Source: an uncultured Clostridia bacterium
Lineage (GTDB): Bacteria; Bacillota; Clostridia; TANB77; CAG-508
Assembly (NCBI GenBank): GCA_944388895.1
Contig: CALXKR010000003.1
Coordinates: 1 to 33,561, forward strand
Direction: 5' to 3'
DNA length: 33,561 nucleotides
Within the stretch, counting starts at the first letter, position 1. Every line of letters starts with the position of its first letter. Positions 1-10,030 of the stretch are shown in pieces. The notes beneath the pieces are model-generated. The model had not been told where the DNA came from, searched no databases, and was given only the letters and a program-made list of their open reading frames with translations. The translations under genes were made by a program, and so were the position numbers.

Positions 1-72
1 CTTTCTTTTTTAGTATTTATACCATACCACTATTTTTTTATCAAGGATTTTATTAAAAATTTTGCAGTTATA

Positions 73-621
73 TTACATATCTGTTTCGTCATATTCTATG
101 TCATAATTGTTATTCTTTTTTACCTCTGTGGTAGTTCCACTTGGAGTTGTTGTTATTTTTACCTCACTATTTCCACCATTTTTCATTGCTTCTTTTTGCA
201 ATTTATTTAATTTTATTTCATTCATTGTTTTTCCTAGCATTTCACTTAATTTGTCTGCTAAATCCGGAACTAAGTCTAATAATTTATCAATAGATGATGA
301 ATGTTCAACTGGCAATAGTTTTACTCCATTAGCTTGTACAACAATAAATGCTATAGGTGATATACTTACTCCAGCTCCTGATCCACCTCCAAATGGTAAT
401 CTTTCTTTTGGTTCAGTTAACTCTTTTTTTGAATTATCAAAAGTTTTTCCTTTAAATTCACTTCCTCCTGCTGCAAAACCAAAATTTACTTTGGAAATTG
501 GAATTATTACAACGTTATTTGATGTTTGTATAGCATCTCCTACAATGGTATTAACATCAACCATTTCTTTTATACTGTTCATGGCAGTATTCATTAAACC
601 TTCAATTGGATATTCACTCAT
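73..621 (-). CDS. gerW: GerW/YtfJ family sporulation protein
   Basis: Motifs VDVNTIVGDAI, IIPISKVNFGFAAGGSEF and FGGGSGAGVSISPIAF are typical of YtfJ/GerW; AGGAGG RBS upstream. Confidence 0.9.
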   Translation of the reverse strand: MSEYPIEGLMNTAMNSIKEMVDVNTIVGDAIQTSNNVVIIPISKVNFGFAAGGSEFKGKTFDNSKKELTEPKERLPFGGGSGAGVSISPIAFIVVQANGVKLLPVEHSSSIDKLLDLVPDLADKLSEMLGKTMNEIKLNKLQKEAMKNGGNSEVKITTTPSGTTTEVKKNNNYDIEYDETDM

Positions 622-1252
622 TTTTAACTATTTCCTCCTTTTTACATATTACTTTTATAATATGTACTATTTTACTTGTTATTATGCAACCAAATTGTAA
701 ATAAAATACATTTTTATCCAAATAAATTGGAGTTATTTTATAGTTGTAATCTTGTAAATTATTTGTGTCAGCTATATATGGAAGAAAAATTGATATTGCA
801 ATATTTAAAGTAGAAGTTGTAAGTGCTGTAAATGCTGCATCATCTGTTCCTAATTCAACATCTAAATTTGTTTTTTGTAATACTATAGTTGGAAGTAATT
901 TCTTTGTAATTTTTTTTGCTTTCTTCTTTTCTTTTTCAATATCTTTATTTTTTATAATATCTTTTTGATATTGATTTAATAAAATACTTTTTATTTTTTG
1001 TTCATCAAGTTTTAATATATTAATAGGTATTTTGTAAAAAATATTTATTCTTAATTTTGCATTTATTTTAATATAGTTAAAAAGTTCTAACTTTTTTTCA
1101 TCTTCTTTTTCTTTGATAAGTATTTTTAATATTTCAAATAGTTTATTTATATCACTAATAACAATATTATCTAATATTATTGAAATACTTGAAAATAGCA
1201 ATGTAATTATAATTAGAAAAATAAATCCAATTAAATACAAAAAAACTATCAC
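614..1252 (-). CDS. DUF2953 (YtfI-like) membrane-anchored protein
   Basis: N-terminal TM segment, 'ELGTDDAAFTAL' motif, position directly upstream of ytfJ. Start moved to GTG 1252 behind AAGGAGG (ORF track start 1285). Confidence 0.7.
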   Translation of the reverse strand: MIVFLYLIGFIFLIIITLLFSSISIILDNIVISDINKLFEILKILIKEKEDEKKLELFNYIKINAKLRINIFYKIPINILKLDEQKIKSILLNQYQKDIIKNKDIEKEKKKAKKITKKLLPTIVLQKTNLDVELGTDDAAFTALTTSTLNIAISIFLPYIADTNNLQDYNYKITPIYLDKNVFYLQFGCIITSKIVHIIKVICKKEEIVKNE

Positions 1253-1292
1253 AAATTTTTCCTCCTTTTGTAATAGTTTTTCCATTTTTTTA

Positions 1293-2057
1293 CTATTTAT
1301 GCTTATTTTTAATTTTTTTATTGACCTTTATTTCGCCAAATAATTCTTCTTGCTCAGTTTCTACCTTACTTCTTCTAGACATTTCTAATAGTCCTGAAAA
1401 AGCTGTTACTACTTCTTGTGGTTTACAGTTATTTAATGAATATAGCTTATTAAATACAAAGTGTTTATTTCTAATTAGTTCTCTAAACATATTTTTTACT
1501 GACTCGCCTACACTATAATTTTCAGTAATTGCTATTTTTTCAATATTTTTTGCATTTTTGTTTAGTTTATTTGTATTTTTGTTTAAGATATTTTTATATG
1601 TGTTTGAAATATCTTGAAGAGTATATTTTATATCTACATCTGTTCTTTTTGGAACTTCTATATTTTCTGGAAGTTTAAAAACACGCTTATTATTTAATGA
1701 GTACATTTCTCTAAATTTATTTGATATTTCTTTATATTGTTTGTATTCTATGATTCTTTGAATTAGTTCTTCTTCAGAAAGCATCTCTTCTTCTACTTCT
1801 TGTCTTGGAAGTAATTTTTTAGATTTTATATATAATAAGTTTGATGCCATAATTAGAAATTCACTTGTAACTTCTAAATTCATTTCTTCCATAGTATTAA
1901 TATAGTCTATATATTGGTCTGTAATATCATTTAAGCTAATATCATATATATCCATTTTATTTGAATCTATTAAATGACACAATAAATCAAGTGGACCTTC
2001 AAAGTTTTCTGTTTTTATTTTATATTTATTAATTTCTAGTGTAAATACATTCTGCAT
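1293..2057 (-). CDS. scpA: Segregation and condensation protein A (SMC kleisin)
   Basis: FEGPLDLLCHLI...DITDQY...EFLIMA..LLYIKSKKLLP and C-terminal VVTAFSGLLEM..Q.ELFGEI. Confidence 0.92.
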   Translation of the reverse strand: MQNVFTLEINKYKIKTENFEGPLDLLCHLIDSNKMDIYDISLNDITDQYIDYINTMEEMNLEVTSEFLIMASNLLYIKSKKLLPRQEVEEEMLSEEELIQRIIEYKQYKEISNKFREMYSLNNKRVFKLPENIEVPKRTDVDIKYTLQDISNTYKNILNKNTNKLNKNAKNIEKIAITENYSVGESVKNMFRELIRNKHFVFNKLYSLNNCKPQEVVTAFSGLLEMSRRSKVETEQEELFGEIKVNKKIKNKHK

Positions 2058-2058
2058 T

Positions 2059-2493
2059 TTATATTGCCTCTTTTATACTTTCTTCTTTATATCCTTTTTT
2101 CATTAAATAATTTTTTAAATCTTGTTTTTCTAAGCTAGATTTTTTCACTGCTATTTTTTTAGCTGAAGTTATTTCATATTCTAATAAGTTATCATAGTTT
2201 TCTAAAAAGTAGTCTTCTATGAGATTGGATTTAATTCCCTTAGATAATAATTTATATTTTATTTCTTTCATAGACATATTATTAAGTGCCATAAATTCAT
2301 TTATGGCCCTTATAATATAATTTGTATCATCTATATAACCAATTTGTTTTAATTCTTCTATGACGTCTTCTAGTAAGTTATTTTGATATATTCTTGAAAA
2401 TTTATTTCGTATTTCATACTCGGTTCGTTTTTTATAACATATATATTTTAATACTTTTGTTTTAGCTTCGTCAAATTCTTCAATAGAGTACAT
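2059..2493 (-). CDS. recX: RecX regulatory protein (short form)
   Basis: RTEYEIRNK, LKQIGYIDD, IKYKLLSKGI, YLMKKGY repeats; directly downstream of recA. Confidence 0.85.
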   Translation of the reverse strand: MYSIEEFDEAKTKVLKYICYKKRTEYEIRNKFSRIYQNNLLEDVIEELKQIGYIDDTNYIIRAINEFMALNNMSMKEIKYKLLSKGIKSNLIEDYFLENYDNLLEYEITSAKKIAVKKSSLEKQDLKNYLMKKGYKEESIKEAI

Positions 2494-2524
2494 AATTTTT
2501 CCTTTTCATTTAATTTATATAAAA

Positions 2525-3604
2525 TTAATCTTCATCATCAAAATCTTCTGGTTCTGTGTCTTGTTCTTCGTCTACTATTTCCTCGCCTAAACTTTGTTCA
2601 AAAGCTTGATTAAAGTTATTTCTAATTTTTTCTTCTACTTCTTTCATTATTTCAGGATTATCTTCTAAGAATTTTTTAGCATTTTCTCTACCTTGTCCAA
2701 TTCTATTACCATTGTATCCAAACCAAGAACCACTTTTATCTATAAGACCTAAGTTTATACCTAAATCTAATATGTTTCCAGATTTTGAAATTCCTTTTCC
2801 ATATACGATGTCAAATTCCGCTTCTCTAAAAGGTGGAGCAACTTTGTTTTTAACTAATTTTACTCTTACTCTATTACCTACAACATCTCCATCTTGTTTA
2901 ATATTTTCTATTTTTCTAATATCCATTCTTACAGAAGCATAGAATTTAAGAGCTCTTCCTCCTGGTGTTGTTTCTGGATTTCCAAACATTATTCCAACTT
3001 TTTCTCTTAATTGGTTTATAAATACAATAACACTATTAGATTTATTTATAACACCTGCTAATTTTCTTAATGCTTGTGACATAAGTCTTGCTTGTAAACC
3101 AACATGAGCGTCTCCCATATCTCCATCTATTTCTGCCTTTGGTACTAAAGCTGCAACTGAGTCAACTACAATTATATCTATTGCACCACTTCTTACTAAA
3201 GCTTCTGCTATTTCTAGTGCTTGTTCACCTGTGTCTGGTTGAGAAACTATTAAATTATCTATATCAACACCTAAATGTTTAGCATAAACTGGATCTAAAG
3301 CATGTTCTGCGTCTATAAAAGCTGCTTCTCCTCCTTGTTTTTGAGCTTCTGCTATCATATGAAGTGCTAATGTTGTTTTTCCAGATGATTCTGGTCCATA
3401 AACTTCTATAATTCTACCCTTAGGTATACCACCAATTCCTAAAGCTATATCTAAACTAAGTGCTCCAGTTGGAATTGCCTCAACATTCATTGCTTTAAAT
3501 TCACCTAGTTTCATTACTGAACCTTTTCCAAATTGTTTTTCTATTTGTCCTAATGCTGCTTCTAATGCTTTTTGTCTTTCTAAATTTGCTTTTTCTGCGC
3601 TCAT
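2525..3604 (-). CDS. recA: Recombinase A
   Basis: GPESSGKTT Walker [30 protein letters not shown]. Confidence 0.99.
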   Translation of the reverse strand: MSAEKANLERQKALEAALGQIEKQFGKGSVMKLGEFKAMNVEAIPTGALSLDIALGIGGIPKGRIIEVYGPESSGKTTLALHMIAEAQKQGGEAAFIDAEHALDPVYAKHLGVDIDNLIVSQPDTGEQALEIAEALVRSGAIDIIVVDSVAALVPKAEIDGDMGDAHVGLQARLMSQALRKLAGVINKSNSVIVFINQLREKVGIMFGNPETTPGGRALKFYASVRMDIRKIENIKQDGDVVGNRVRVKLVKNKVAPPFREAEFDIVYGKGISKSGNILDLGINLGLIDKSGSWFGYNGNRIGQGRENAKKFLEDNPEIMKEVEEKIRNNFNQAFEQSLGEEIVDEEQDTEPEDFDDED

Positions 3605-3619
3605 AATCTTCCTCCTAAA

Positions 3620-3694
3620 TAAACATTTGTTTGTACGACATTTATTATATACTAAAAATTTTATTTGTCAATACTTTTTACGAACATTTTTTCG
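3620..3694 (-). promoter_or_regulatory. recA sigma-A promoter flanked by two LexA (Cheo-box-like) sites
   Basis: Minus strand TTGACA (3666-3671), 16 bp, TATAAT (3644-3649). CGAAC-ATTT-TTTCG at 3681-3694 (1 mismatch to CGAAC-N4-GTTCG) and degenerate AAAC-ATTT-GTTT at 3621-3632. Confidence 0.7.
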
Positions 3695-3730
3695 CTTTTT
3701 TATTTTTCTTTTTATTTATTCTTAATAATG

Positions 3731-5296
3731 TTATTCTTGTCTGAACCATTCATTAAAATTATAATACAAATTATAACTGTTAGGTGTAAAAGTCCCACCA
3801 ACATTTTCATTAAGTAATAGTGTGTTTTTATTTCTGTATAATCCTATATATGGTACATCTTCATTAACAATTTTTTGAATTTCTGTATAGTTTTCTAGTG
3901 AAGATAATTTTGATTTCAAATCACTATTATTGTAATTTGCTATATTTCCATCTCCATAGAAATATGATAAATCTGGATTTACTGAATTAGTAACTCCTGT
4001 TAATATCATTTGATAATTTTTATTGTTTAAATATTCATAGTATTTTTCATTACTAACTTCTACAATATTAACTGTTATACCTATTTGTGCTAATTGCCTT
4101 TTAATTTCATTTGCTACATTTATTCTGTCTTGATTATCTTTACATACTACTAAAGATAATGTAAGTCTTCTTACATATCCATCAATACTTTTTTGCCATT
4201 TATCATTTTTATATATCCAACCAGCTTGCTCTAAAGTGCTTTTAGCTTTATCTTGATTATAGCTGATTTCCCCTTCTGCTGAATATAAATAACTTCCATA
4301 GTCTAAAGGAGAATTAGATACATAGCAATTGTTAGAAAATACATTAGAAACTAATATATTTTTATCTATTGCATAATTTATTGCTTGTCTAACTGCTTTA
4401 TCATTAAGAATTATATCATCACAATTAAAACTTATAAAGTCATAATTTCTTCCATCGTATTCTTTTTTGTTATATCCCATATTTCCTACATATTCTGAGT
4501 AATTAGTACTTGAAGTATTTACTATATCTATATTGCCTAATTTAAAACTGTTGTAAATTTCTCCCATTGTTCCAAATTGCTTAATAGTTATAGATTGAGC
4601 TTTTGGAGTTTTTTCTTTTATATGTCTCCATTTATCATTTCTAGTAAGCAAAATTGTACTGCTATCTATGCTTGCAATTTTGTACATACCTGTTCCTATT
4701 GGAATTTTATTTGTTGCAACAAAGTCTTCATTTAAGTAATACATACTTGGTAAAATTGGAAAAGTTAAATTATATTCAAAAAATGGTACTGGTTTTGTTA
4801 AATTTATAATAACAGTTTCCGTATCTGGAGTTTCTACACTTTGAATATCTTTTACATTTGCTGAATAAACAGTGTTTCTTTCTTTTAACCTATCTATTGT
4901 AAAAGCTACATCTTTTGCAATTAAACTACTACCATCTTGCCATTTTATAGATGTATCAATTTTTATTTCATATCTAGTATCATTTGTTTTTGTACAAGAT
5001 TTAGCTAGGCACATTTCAAGTTTATAATCTGATGTAATTGTAATAAGAGGCTCAAAAATTAATTTATCAATATTTATAATCTCTTTATTATTAGTAAGTA
5101 AAGGATTCATCGTATCATAATTACAAATTCCCATTGTAAGTTTGTCTAATATTTGAACTTCTCCTACCTGAGACTGTTTATCAGTTTCTTGTTGCTCAGT
5201 TTTTTGTTTTTGGTTATACAGTATATATGCAGCTCCTATTATTAAAATAATTATAAATATAATAAAAATATATTTAAATACATTGTTATTTTTCAT
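3731..5296 (-). CDS. Peptide/nickel ABC transporter substrate-binding protein (family 5), TM-anchored
   Basis: TMNPLL, LIFEPL, KWQDG..L.AKDVAFT, PIGTGMYK, VRQAINYAID, AKSTLEQAGW; N-terminal TM helix. Confidence 0.88.
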   Translation of the reverse strand: MKNNNVFKYIFIIFIIILIIGAAYILYNQKQKTEQQETDKQSQVGEVQILDKLTMGICNYDTMNPLLTNNKEIINIDKLIFEPLITITSDYKLEMCLAKSCTKTNDTRYEIKIDTSIKWQDGSSLIAKDVAFTIDRLKERNTVYSANVKDIQSVETPDTETVIINLTKPVPFFEYNLTFPILPSMYYLNEDFVATNKIPIGTGMYKIASIDSSTILLTRNDKWRHIKEKTPKAQSITIKQFGTMGEIYNSFKLGNIDIVNTSSTNYSEYVGNMGYNKKEYDGRNYDFISFNCDDIILNDKAVRQAINYAIDKNILVSNVFSNNCYVSNSPLDYGSYLYSAEGEISYNQDKAKSTLEQAGWIYKNDKWQKSIDGYVRRLTLSLVVCKDNQDRINVANEIKRQLAQIGITVNIVEVSNEKYYEYLNNKNYQMILTGVTNSVNPDLSYFYGDGNIANYNNSDLKSKLSSLENYTEIQKIVNEDVPYIGLYRNKNTLLLNENVGGTFTPNSYNLYYNFNEWFRQE

Positions 5297-5367
5297 AATT
5301 TGCTCCCTACCTTGCCTACATATAATATATTAAAAATTTATTTTTTTCAATACTTTATAAAAAAATA

Positions 5368-5393
5368 GGCATGTAAATTTTATTACACATGCC
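5368..5393 (-). terminator. Probable intrinsic terminator after spoVS
   Basis: GGCATGT...ACATGCC inverted repeat with a U-tract on the minus strand. Confidence 0.55.
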
Positions 5394-5408
5394 CCCATAT
5401 TTTATATA

Positions 5409-5669
5409 TTATCTTGACTCTACAATAAGCCTTATTCCTGTTCTATCTTCACCTTCAACCTCAACTTCTGCAAAGGCTGGTATACAAATTAAATCTACTC
5501 CTGTTGGCGCAACAAAACCTCTTGCTATTGCCACTGCCTTTACTGCTTGATTTAGCGCTCCTGCTCCAATTGCTTGCATTTCTGCCTTTCTTGTTTCTTT
5601 TACCATTCCAGCGATTGCTCCTGCTACTGAATTTGGATTTGATTTTGATGAAATTTTTAAGACTTCCAT
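5409..5669 (-). CDS. spoVS: Stage V sporulation protein S
   Basis: MEVLKISSKSNPNSVAGAIAG...QAIGAGALNQAVKAVAIARGFVAP.G.DLICIPAF. Confidence 0.97.
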   Translation of the reverse strand: MEVLKISSKSNPNSVAGAIAGMVKETRKAEMQAIGAGALNQAVKAVAIARGFVAPTGVDLICIPAFAEVEVEGEDRTGIRLIVESR

Positions 5670-5801
5670 TTTTTCCTCCCTTAATTTTTATTTGTTTGTA
5701 ATTACGAATATATTTATATACCATTTTTTGGTAGTTGTCTAGTATTTTTTTCAAAATTAAGGAAGTTTTCATCGACATTTTTTTACATATTTTGTCAGTT
5801 T

Positions 5802-6566
5802 TTATATATTTATTCTATATATTTCCTTTGTTCGACAATTATTGACATCTATATCAAATATTATTCCATTTAATATACTATTTCCTTCTGCTAATTTATA
5901 TTTTTCTGGAAGAGAAGTTATAAATCTTTTTAATGAAGCTTTTATATCCATACCTATAACAGATTTTTCAGGTCCTGTCATTCCTATATCAGTAATATAC
6001 CCTGTTCCATTTTCTAATATTTTTTCATCTGCTGTTTGTACATGTGTATGTGTTCCAAACATAGCAGAAATTCTTCCATCTACATAATATCCCATTGCAA
6101 TTTTTTCTGCAGTAGCTTCTGCATGAAAGTCTAATATTTTTATATCAGCTTCTATGTTTTTTAATAAGTTATCTATGCAAGTAAATGGATTGTCAGATAG
6201 TACTCCCATATCAGTTCTTCCTATTAAATTTATTACAGCAACTTTAATACCATTTTTTTCTATAACAGTATAGCCTTTTCCTGGAACTCCTTTTGAATAA
6301 TTTGCAGGTCTAATTATTTTAGGATTGTCAATAAAAGTAAATATATCTTTCTTACCCCATGTATGATTTCCCATAGTAATAACATCTATGTTTAACTTGT
6401 TTAATTCATTAAAGTTTTTTGTTGTCATTCCCATTCCACTGGCTACGTTTTCACCATTTACAATTGTAAAATCTATATTCTCTGCTTCTTGCAAATTTTG
6501 TAAATTCTTTTTTAATTTTTCTAGTCCACTTTCTCCAACTAGGTCTCCTATTGCCAAAATTTTCAA
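5802..6566 (-). CDS. ymdB: YmdB-family metallophosphoesterase (TIGR00282-like)
   Basis: GDLVG, NGEN, TMGNHTW, DFHAEATAEK, GTHTHVQTAD, TDIGMTG; rny-ymdB-spoVS synteny. Probable TTG start at 6566 behind GGAGG. Confidence 0.93.
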   Translation of the reverse strand: MKILAIGDLVGESGLEKLKKNLQNLQEAENIDFTIVNGENVASGMGMTTKNFNELNKLNIDVITMGNHTWGKKDIFTFIDNPKIIRPANYSKGVPGKGYTVIEKNGIKVAVINLIGRTDMGVLSDNPFTCIDNLLKNIEADIKILDFHAEATAEKIAMGYYVDGRISAMFGTHTHVQTADEKILENGTGYITDIGMTGPEKSVIGMDIKASLKRFITSLPEKYKLAEGNSILNGIIFDIDVNNCRTKEIYRINI

Positions 6567-6661
6567 AACAATTACCTCCATAGTTTTTGTATTATTTTAT
6601 CACGTAATTATATTTCGCACAATACTTAGATTGTTATTTTTTTGAAAAAGGAACGTCCCTC

Positions 6662-6696
6662 ATCAAAAAAAGCGCTCCATTGGAACGCTTTTTGAT
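6662..6696 (-). terminator. Intrinsic terminator after rny
   Basis: AAAAAAAGCGCTCC-ATT-GGAACGCTTTTT imperfect hairpin with U-tract. Confidence 0.65.
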
Positions 6697-6698
6697 AA

Positions 6699-8240
6699 TT
6701 ATTTTGCATAGTCAATTACTCTTTTTTCTCTAATCATGTTGATTTTAATTTGTCCTGGATAATCCATTTCATTTTCAACTTTTTCTGCTATATTTCTAGC
6801 CATTATTGTCATTTCATCATCTGATATTTTTTCAGGTTTTACAATAATTCTTATTTCACGACCAGCTTGTATAGCATAAGATTTTTCTACTCCTTCAAAA
6901 GAATCTGCAATAGATTCTAGTTGTTCTAGTCTCTTGATATAAGCATCTAATGTTTCTCTTCTTGCTCCTGGTCTTGAAGCTGAAATTGCATCTGCTGCTT
7001 GTACCAAATATGCTTCTGGAGTTTGAGGTTCTACATCTCCATGATGAGCTTCTACTGCATTTATAATTCTAGCATCTTCTTTGTATTTCTTTAATATTTC
7101 TACTCCTATTTCTACATGAGTTCCTTCCATGTCATGGTCTAAAGCTTTTCCTATATCATGTAGTAATCCTGCTCTTCTTGCAAGTTTAGTATCTAGTCCT
7201 AATTCGTCTGCCATAATTCTTGCTAAATTAGAAACTTCAATTGAATGATTTAATACATTTTGACCATAGCTTGTTCTGTATTTTAATTTTCCTAATAGTT
7301 TTACAATATCTGGATGAAGGTTAAGCACTCCTGTTTCCATAACTGCTCTTTCCCCTTCTTCTTTGATAGTTTTAGCAACTTCTTCTTTTGCCTTTTCTAC
7401 CATTTCTTCGATTTTAGCTGGATGAATTCTTCCGTCATCTATAAGCTTTTGTAAAGCTATTCTTGCAACTTCTCTTCTTAAAGGATCAAAACCAGAAATA
7501 ACAACTGCTTCTGGAGTATCATCTATTATAAAATCTACACCTGTTAAAGTTTCTAAAGCTTTAATATTTCTACCTTCTCTACCAATAATTCTTCCTTTCA
7601 TATCATCGCTAGGAAGTGCAACTATTGATACAGTTGATTCAGAAGTGTGATCTGCTGCACATTTTTGAATTGCATAAGTAATAACGTTTCTTGCTGTTTC
7701 TTCTGACTTTTCCTTTATTTGGTCTTCCATAGCTTTAATACGTTCAACTTTTTCAGTTGTAAGCTTTTCATCAACCTTTGCCAATAATTGATTTTTGGCT
7801 TCATCAATTGATAGTCTTGCAATTCTTTCTAGTTCATCTAATTGTGAGTCTTTTAACTTTTGAACCTCCATCTTTTCATTTTCGATTTCATCTTCTCTTT
7901 TGTCTAATTGCTTTTCTTTTTGTTCTGCAGAGTAGATTTTCTTTTCTAGATTTTCCTCTTTTTGTAATAATCTTTTTTCTTGTAATTGAATATCACTTCT
8001 TCTTTCTCTAATCTCTTCCTCTAGTTCGTTTCTACTATTAATAATTTGCTCTTTTGCCTTAACTATTTCCTCTTTTCTTGTATTTTCTGCTTCTTTTTTA
8101 GCATTTTCTAATATTCTTTGTGCTTCTCTTTCTGCACTTTGAATTTTTGCTTCAGCAGATTTTTTTCTAACCATGTATCCTATAACTGAAAATATTATTG
8201 CTGAGACTAGAAAAATAGTGATATAAATTGCTAATTGCAT
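6699..8240 (-). CDS. rny: Ribonuclease Y
   Basis: N-terminal TM, coiled coil, KH motif [14 protein letters not shown] motif [11 protein letters not shown] 8240 behind AGAGGTG (ORF track GTG 8249). Confidence 0.98.
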   Translation of the reverse strand: MQLAIYITIFLVSAIIFSVIGYMVRKKSAEAKIQSAEREAQRILENAKKEAENTRKEEIVKAKEQIINSRNELEEEIRERRSDIQLQEKRLLQKEENLEKKIYSAEQKEKQLDKREDEIENEKMEVQKLKDSQLDELERIARLSIDEAKNQLLAKVDEKLTTEKVERIKAMEDQIKEKSEETARNVITYAIQKCAADHTSESTVSIVALPSDDMKGRIIGREGRNIKALETLTGVDFIIDDTPEAVVISGFDPLRREVARIALQKLIDDGRIHPAKIEEMVEKAKEEVAKTIKEEGERAVMETGVLNLHPDIVKLLGKLKYRTSYGQNVLNHSIEVSNLARIMADELGLDTKLARRAGLLHDIGKALDHDMEGTHVEIGVEILKKYKEDARIINAVEAHHGDVEPQTPEAYLVQAADAISASRPGARRETLDAYIKRLEQLESIADSFEGVEKSYAIQAGREIRIIVKPEKISDDEMTIMARNIAEKVENEMDYPGQIKINMIREKRVIDYAK

Positions 8241-8312
8241 ATTATACACCTCTTTCTATTAAGTTTTCAATGTTCAAATATATATAAATTATAAATATAT
8301 TCTACCTATAAT

Positions 8313-8341
8313 ATTTTATTATTATTATTAAAATATGTCAA
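8313..8341 (-). promoter_or_regulatory. sigma-A promoter of rny
   Basis: TTGACA (8336-8341), 17 bp, TAAAAT (8313-8318) on the minus strand. Confidence 0.6.
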
Positions 8342-8353
8342 GGGGTAAAAAAT

Positions 8354-8381
8354 AAAAATAGGTAATAACTTACCTATTTTT
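8354..8381 (-). terminator. Intrinsic terminator after xerD
   Basis: AAAAATAGGTAA-TAAC-TTACCTATTTTT perfect inverted repeat. Confidence 0.7.
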
Positions 8382-8382
8382 G

Positions 8383-9264
8383 CTAAGCTCTTGGATGAGC
8401 CTTTTTATATATGTCTTTTAGTCCAGGATCTTGAAATTGAGCATATACTTGTGTTGATGAAATATCTGAATGTCCAAGCATTGCTTGAATTGATTTTAAA
8501 TCAGCACCATTTTGTAATAAATGTGTTGCAAATGAATGTCTTAAAACATGTGGTGTTATGTCCTTTTCTATATGTGCTTGTTCTTTATAATATTTAACTA
8601 TTTTCCAAAAACCTTGTCTTGTAAGTCTAGAACCATTAACATTTACAAATAGTGCTTTGTTACTTTCATCTTTTATAAGTATTGGTCTAGCTTCTTCTAC
8701 ATATTCTTTTAATGCACTTTCTGCTAATACTCCTAAAGGAATTGTTCTAGTTTTTTTACCATTTGAACAGGTTACTGTATCTTCTTCAAAATTAACATCA
8801 TCAATGTTTAAATCTATAATTTCTGTAACTTTCATTCCAGTAGCATAGGCGAATTCTAGCATTGCCTTATCTCTAGTTCCTTTTAAGTCAATGTCTTTTG
8901 GTTGTTCTAACAAAAGTTCTACTTCTTCAGAAGTTAATACACTTGGTACCTTTTTTTCTATTTTTGGTGATTGTATTGATACTGTTGGATCTGCTTTAGC
9001 CTTTTTGGTTCTTAATAAAAATTGATAGAATGATCTTATTGATGCAAGGCTTCTTGAAGCAGTTGAAGTTTTCTTTCCCTCTTTTTGTAATTCTTTTAAA
9101 TAATTTTTAATGTCTTCTTCTTTAGCTTTTGCATAATTAATGTTGTTAGCATTAACATAATTTCTAAATTGCATTATGTCTCTTTTGTATGACTGTAAAG
9201 TATTGTTTGACAATTTTTTATCGTTTTGTAAGAATTCTAAAAAAAGTTTAATCTGTTTATCCAT
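8383..9264 (-). CDS. xerD: Chromosomal tyrosine recombinase XerD-like (RipX)
   Basis: LSNNTLQSYKRD N-terminal domain, TPHVLRHSFATHLL.NGADL..IQ.MLGHSDISSTQVY, C-terminal HPRA; spoIIM-xerD synteny. Confidence 0.88.
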   Translation of the reverse strand: MDKQIKLFLEFLQNDKKLSNNTLQSYKRDIMQFRNYVNANNINYAKAKEEDIKNYLKELQKEGKKTSTASRSLASIRSFYQFLLRTKKAKADPTVSIQSPKIEKKVPSVLTSEEVELLLEQPKDIDLKGTRDKAMLEFAYATGMKVTEIIDLNIDDVNFEEDTVTCSNGKKTRTIPLGVLAESALKEYVEEARPILIKDESNKALFVNVNGSRLTRQGFWKIVKYYKEQAHIEKDITPHVLRHSFATHLLQNGADLKSIQAMLGHSDISSTQVYAQFQDPGLKDIYKKAHPRA

Positions 9265-9348
9265 TTTTGCTCCCCTATTTCTATATTTTTTATTCTTTAC
9301 TTAAACTTATTATGTTATATCAAATTATTGATAAAAAGTAAAGAGATT

Positions 9349-9972
9349 TTATAAATATTTTACAATACTTATTGATAAATTACTGCTAATATATGTTTCA
9401 ATAAGTGACGCAACTAGCAGAACAACAAGTATTATAAGTGAAAAAATTGTATGTCTAATTATTTCAATTTTTATATTTTCTTTTCTTTTATCTTTTATAA
9501 TAGATTTATATAAATTTATTCCACTAACAGATAAAAGTAAAATGCTTGGAATAAATATTATGTTATGTAAAAGCATTGAGGATGTTACAAAAAGTATTGC
9601 TTTACCAGTTCCTAGTGTTGATACTACTGAAGATATAGTATATCCTAAAGCAAAACCTTTGTAAGCAATTACACCATAAACAATTGGTATTCCTATTACT
9701 GTTGAACTCATAAACCATATAATTAAAACAGTTATAAAGTTATTTTTAAATGATGTTTTTAATAGCTCTCCATAATTAAGTTTCGTACCATTTTTTAATT
9801 CTGTAATAAAATTATTAATATAAGAATTTATTTCATTTTTATTATCAGCATTTGAATTATTAACTACTATTATTCCTATTATTATTCCAACTAAAAAAAT
9901 TATAGTTAAAATTATATATGACCTTATATTTTTAATAATATGTTCTTCAATTATTTTTTTAAAGTTCTTCAT
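9349..9972 (-). CDS. spoIIM: Stage II sporulation protein M
   Basis: Multi-TM protein with IGIPIV..YKGFALGYT, HNIIFIP and LIETYIS motifs; upstream of xerD. Confidence 0.88.
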   Translation of the reverse strand: MKNFKKIIEEHIIKNIRSYIILTIIFLVGIIIGIIVVNNSNADNKNEINSYINNFITELKNGTKLNYGELLKTSFKNNFITVLIIWFMSSTVIGIPIVYGVIAYKGFALGYTISSVVSTLGTGKAILFVTSSMLLHNIIFIPSILLLSVSGINLYKSIIKDKRKENIKIEIIRHTIFSLIILVVLLVASLIETYISSNLSISIVKYL

Positions 9973-10030
9973 CCTATTCCTCCTAATACATAATATCTAT
10001 TCAATAAAAGGAGAAATAGAACTTTCAATT

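Noticed and set aside
107-700. 197-aa plus-strand ORF
   Set aside because: Antisense shadow of gerW, with Phe/Ser/Ile-rich composition typical of reverse-complement frames in AT-rich DNA
5461-5778. 105-aa minus-strand ORF overlapping spoVS
   Set aside because: Out-of-frame overlap with a highly conserved gene; no clear RBS
8383-9264. xerD as a second mobile-element integrase
   Set aside because: spoIIM-xerD context and XerD-type termini indicate the chromosomal recombinase; no att sites or cargo
9985-10025. Possible sigma-E promoter upstream of spoIIM (TCTATTT...AATAGAT)
   Set aside because: Biologically plausible, but the match is too degenerate in AT-rich DNA to call
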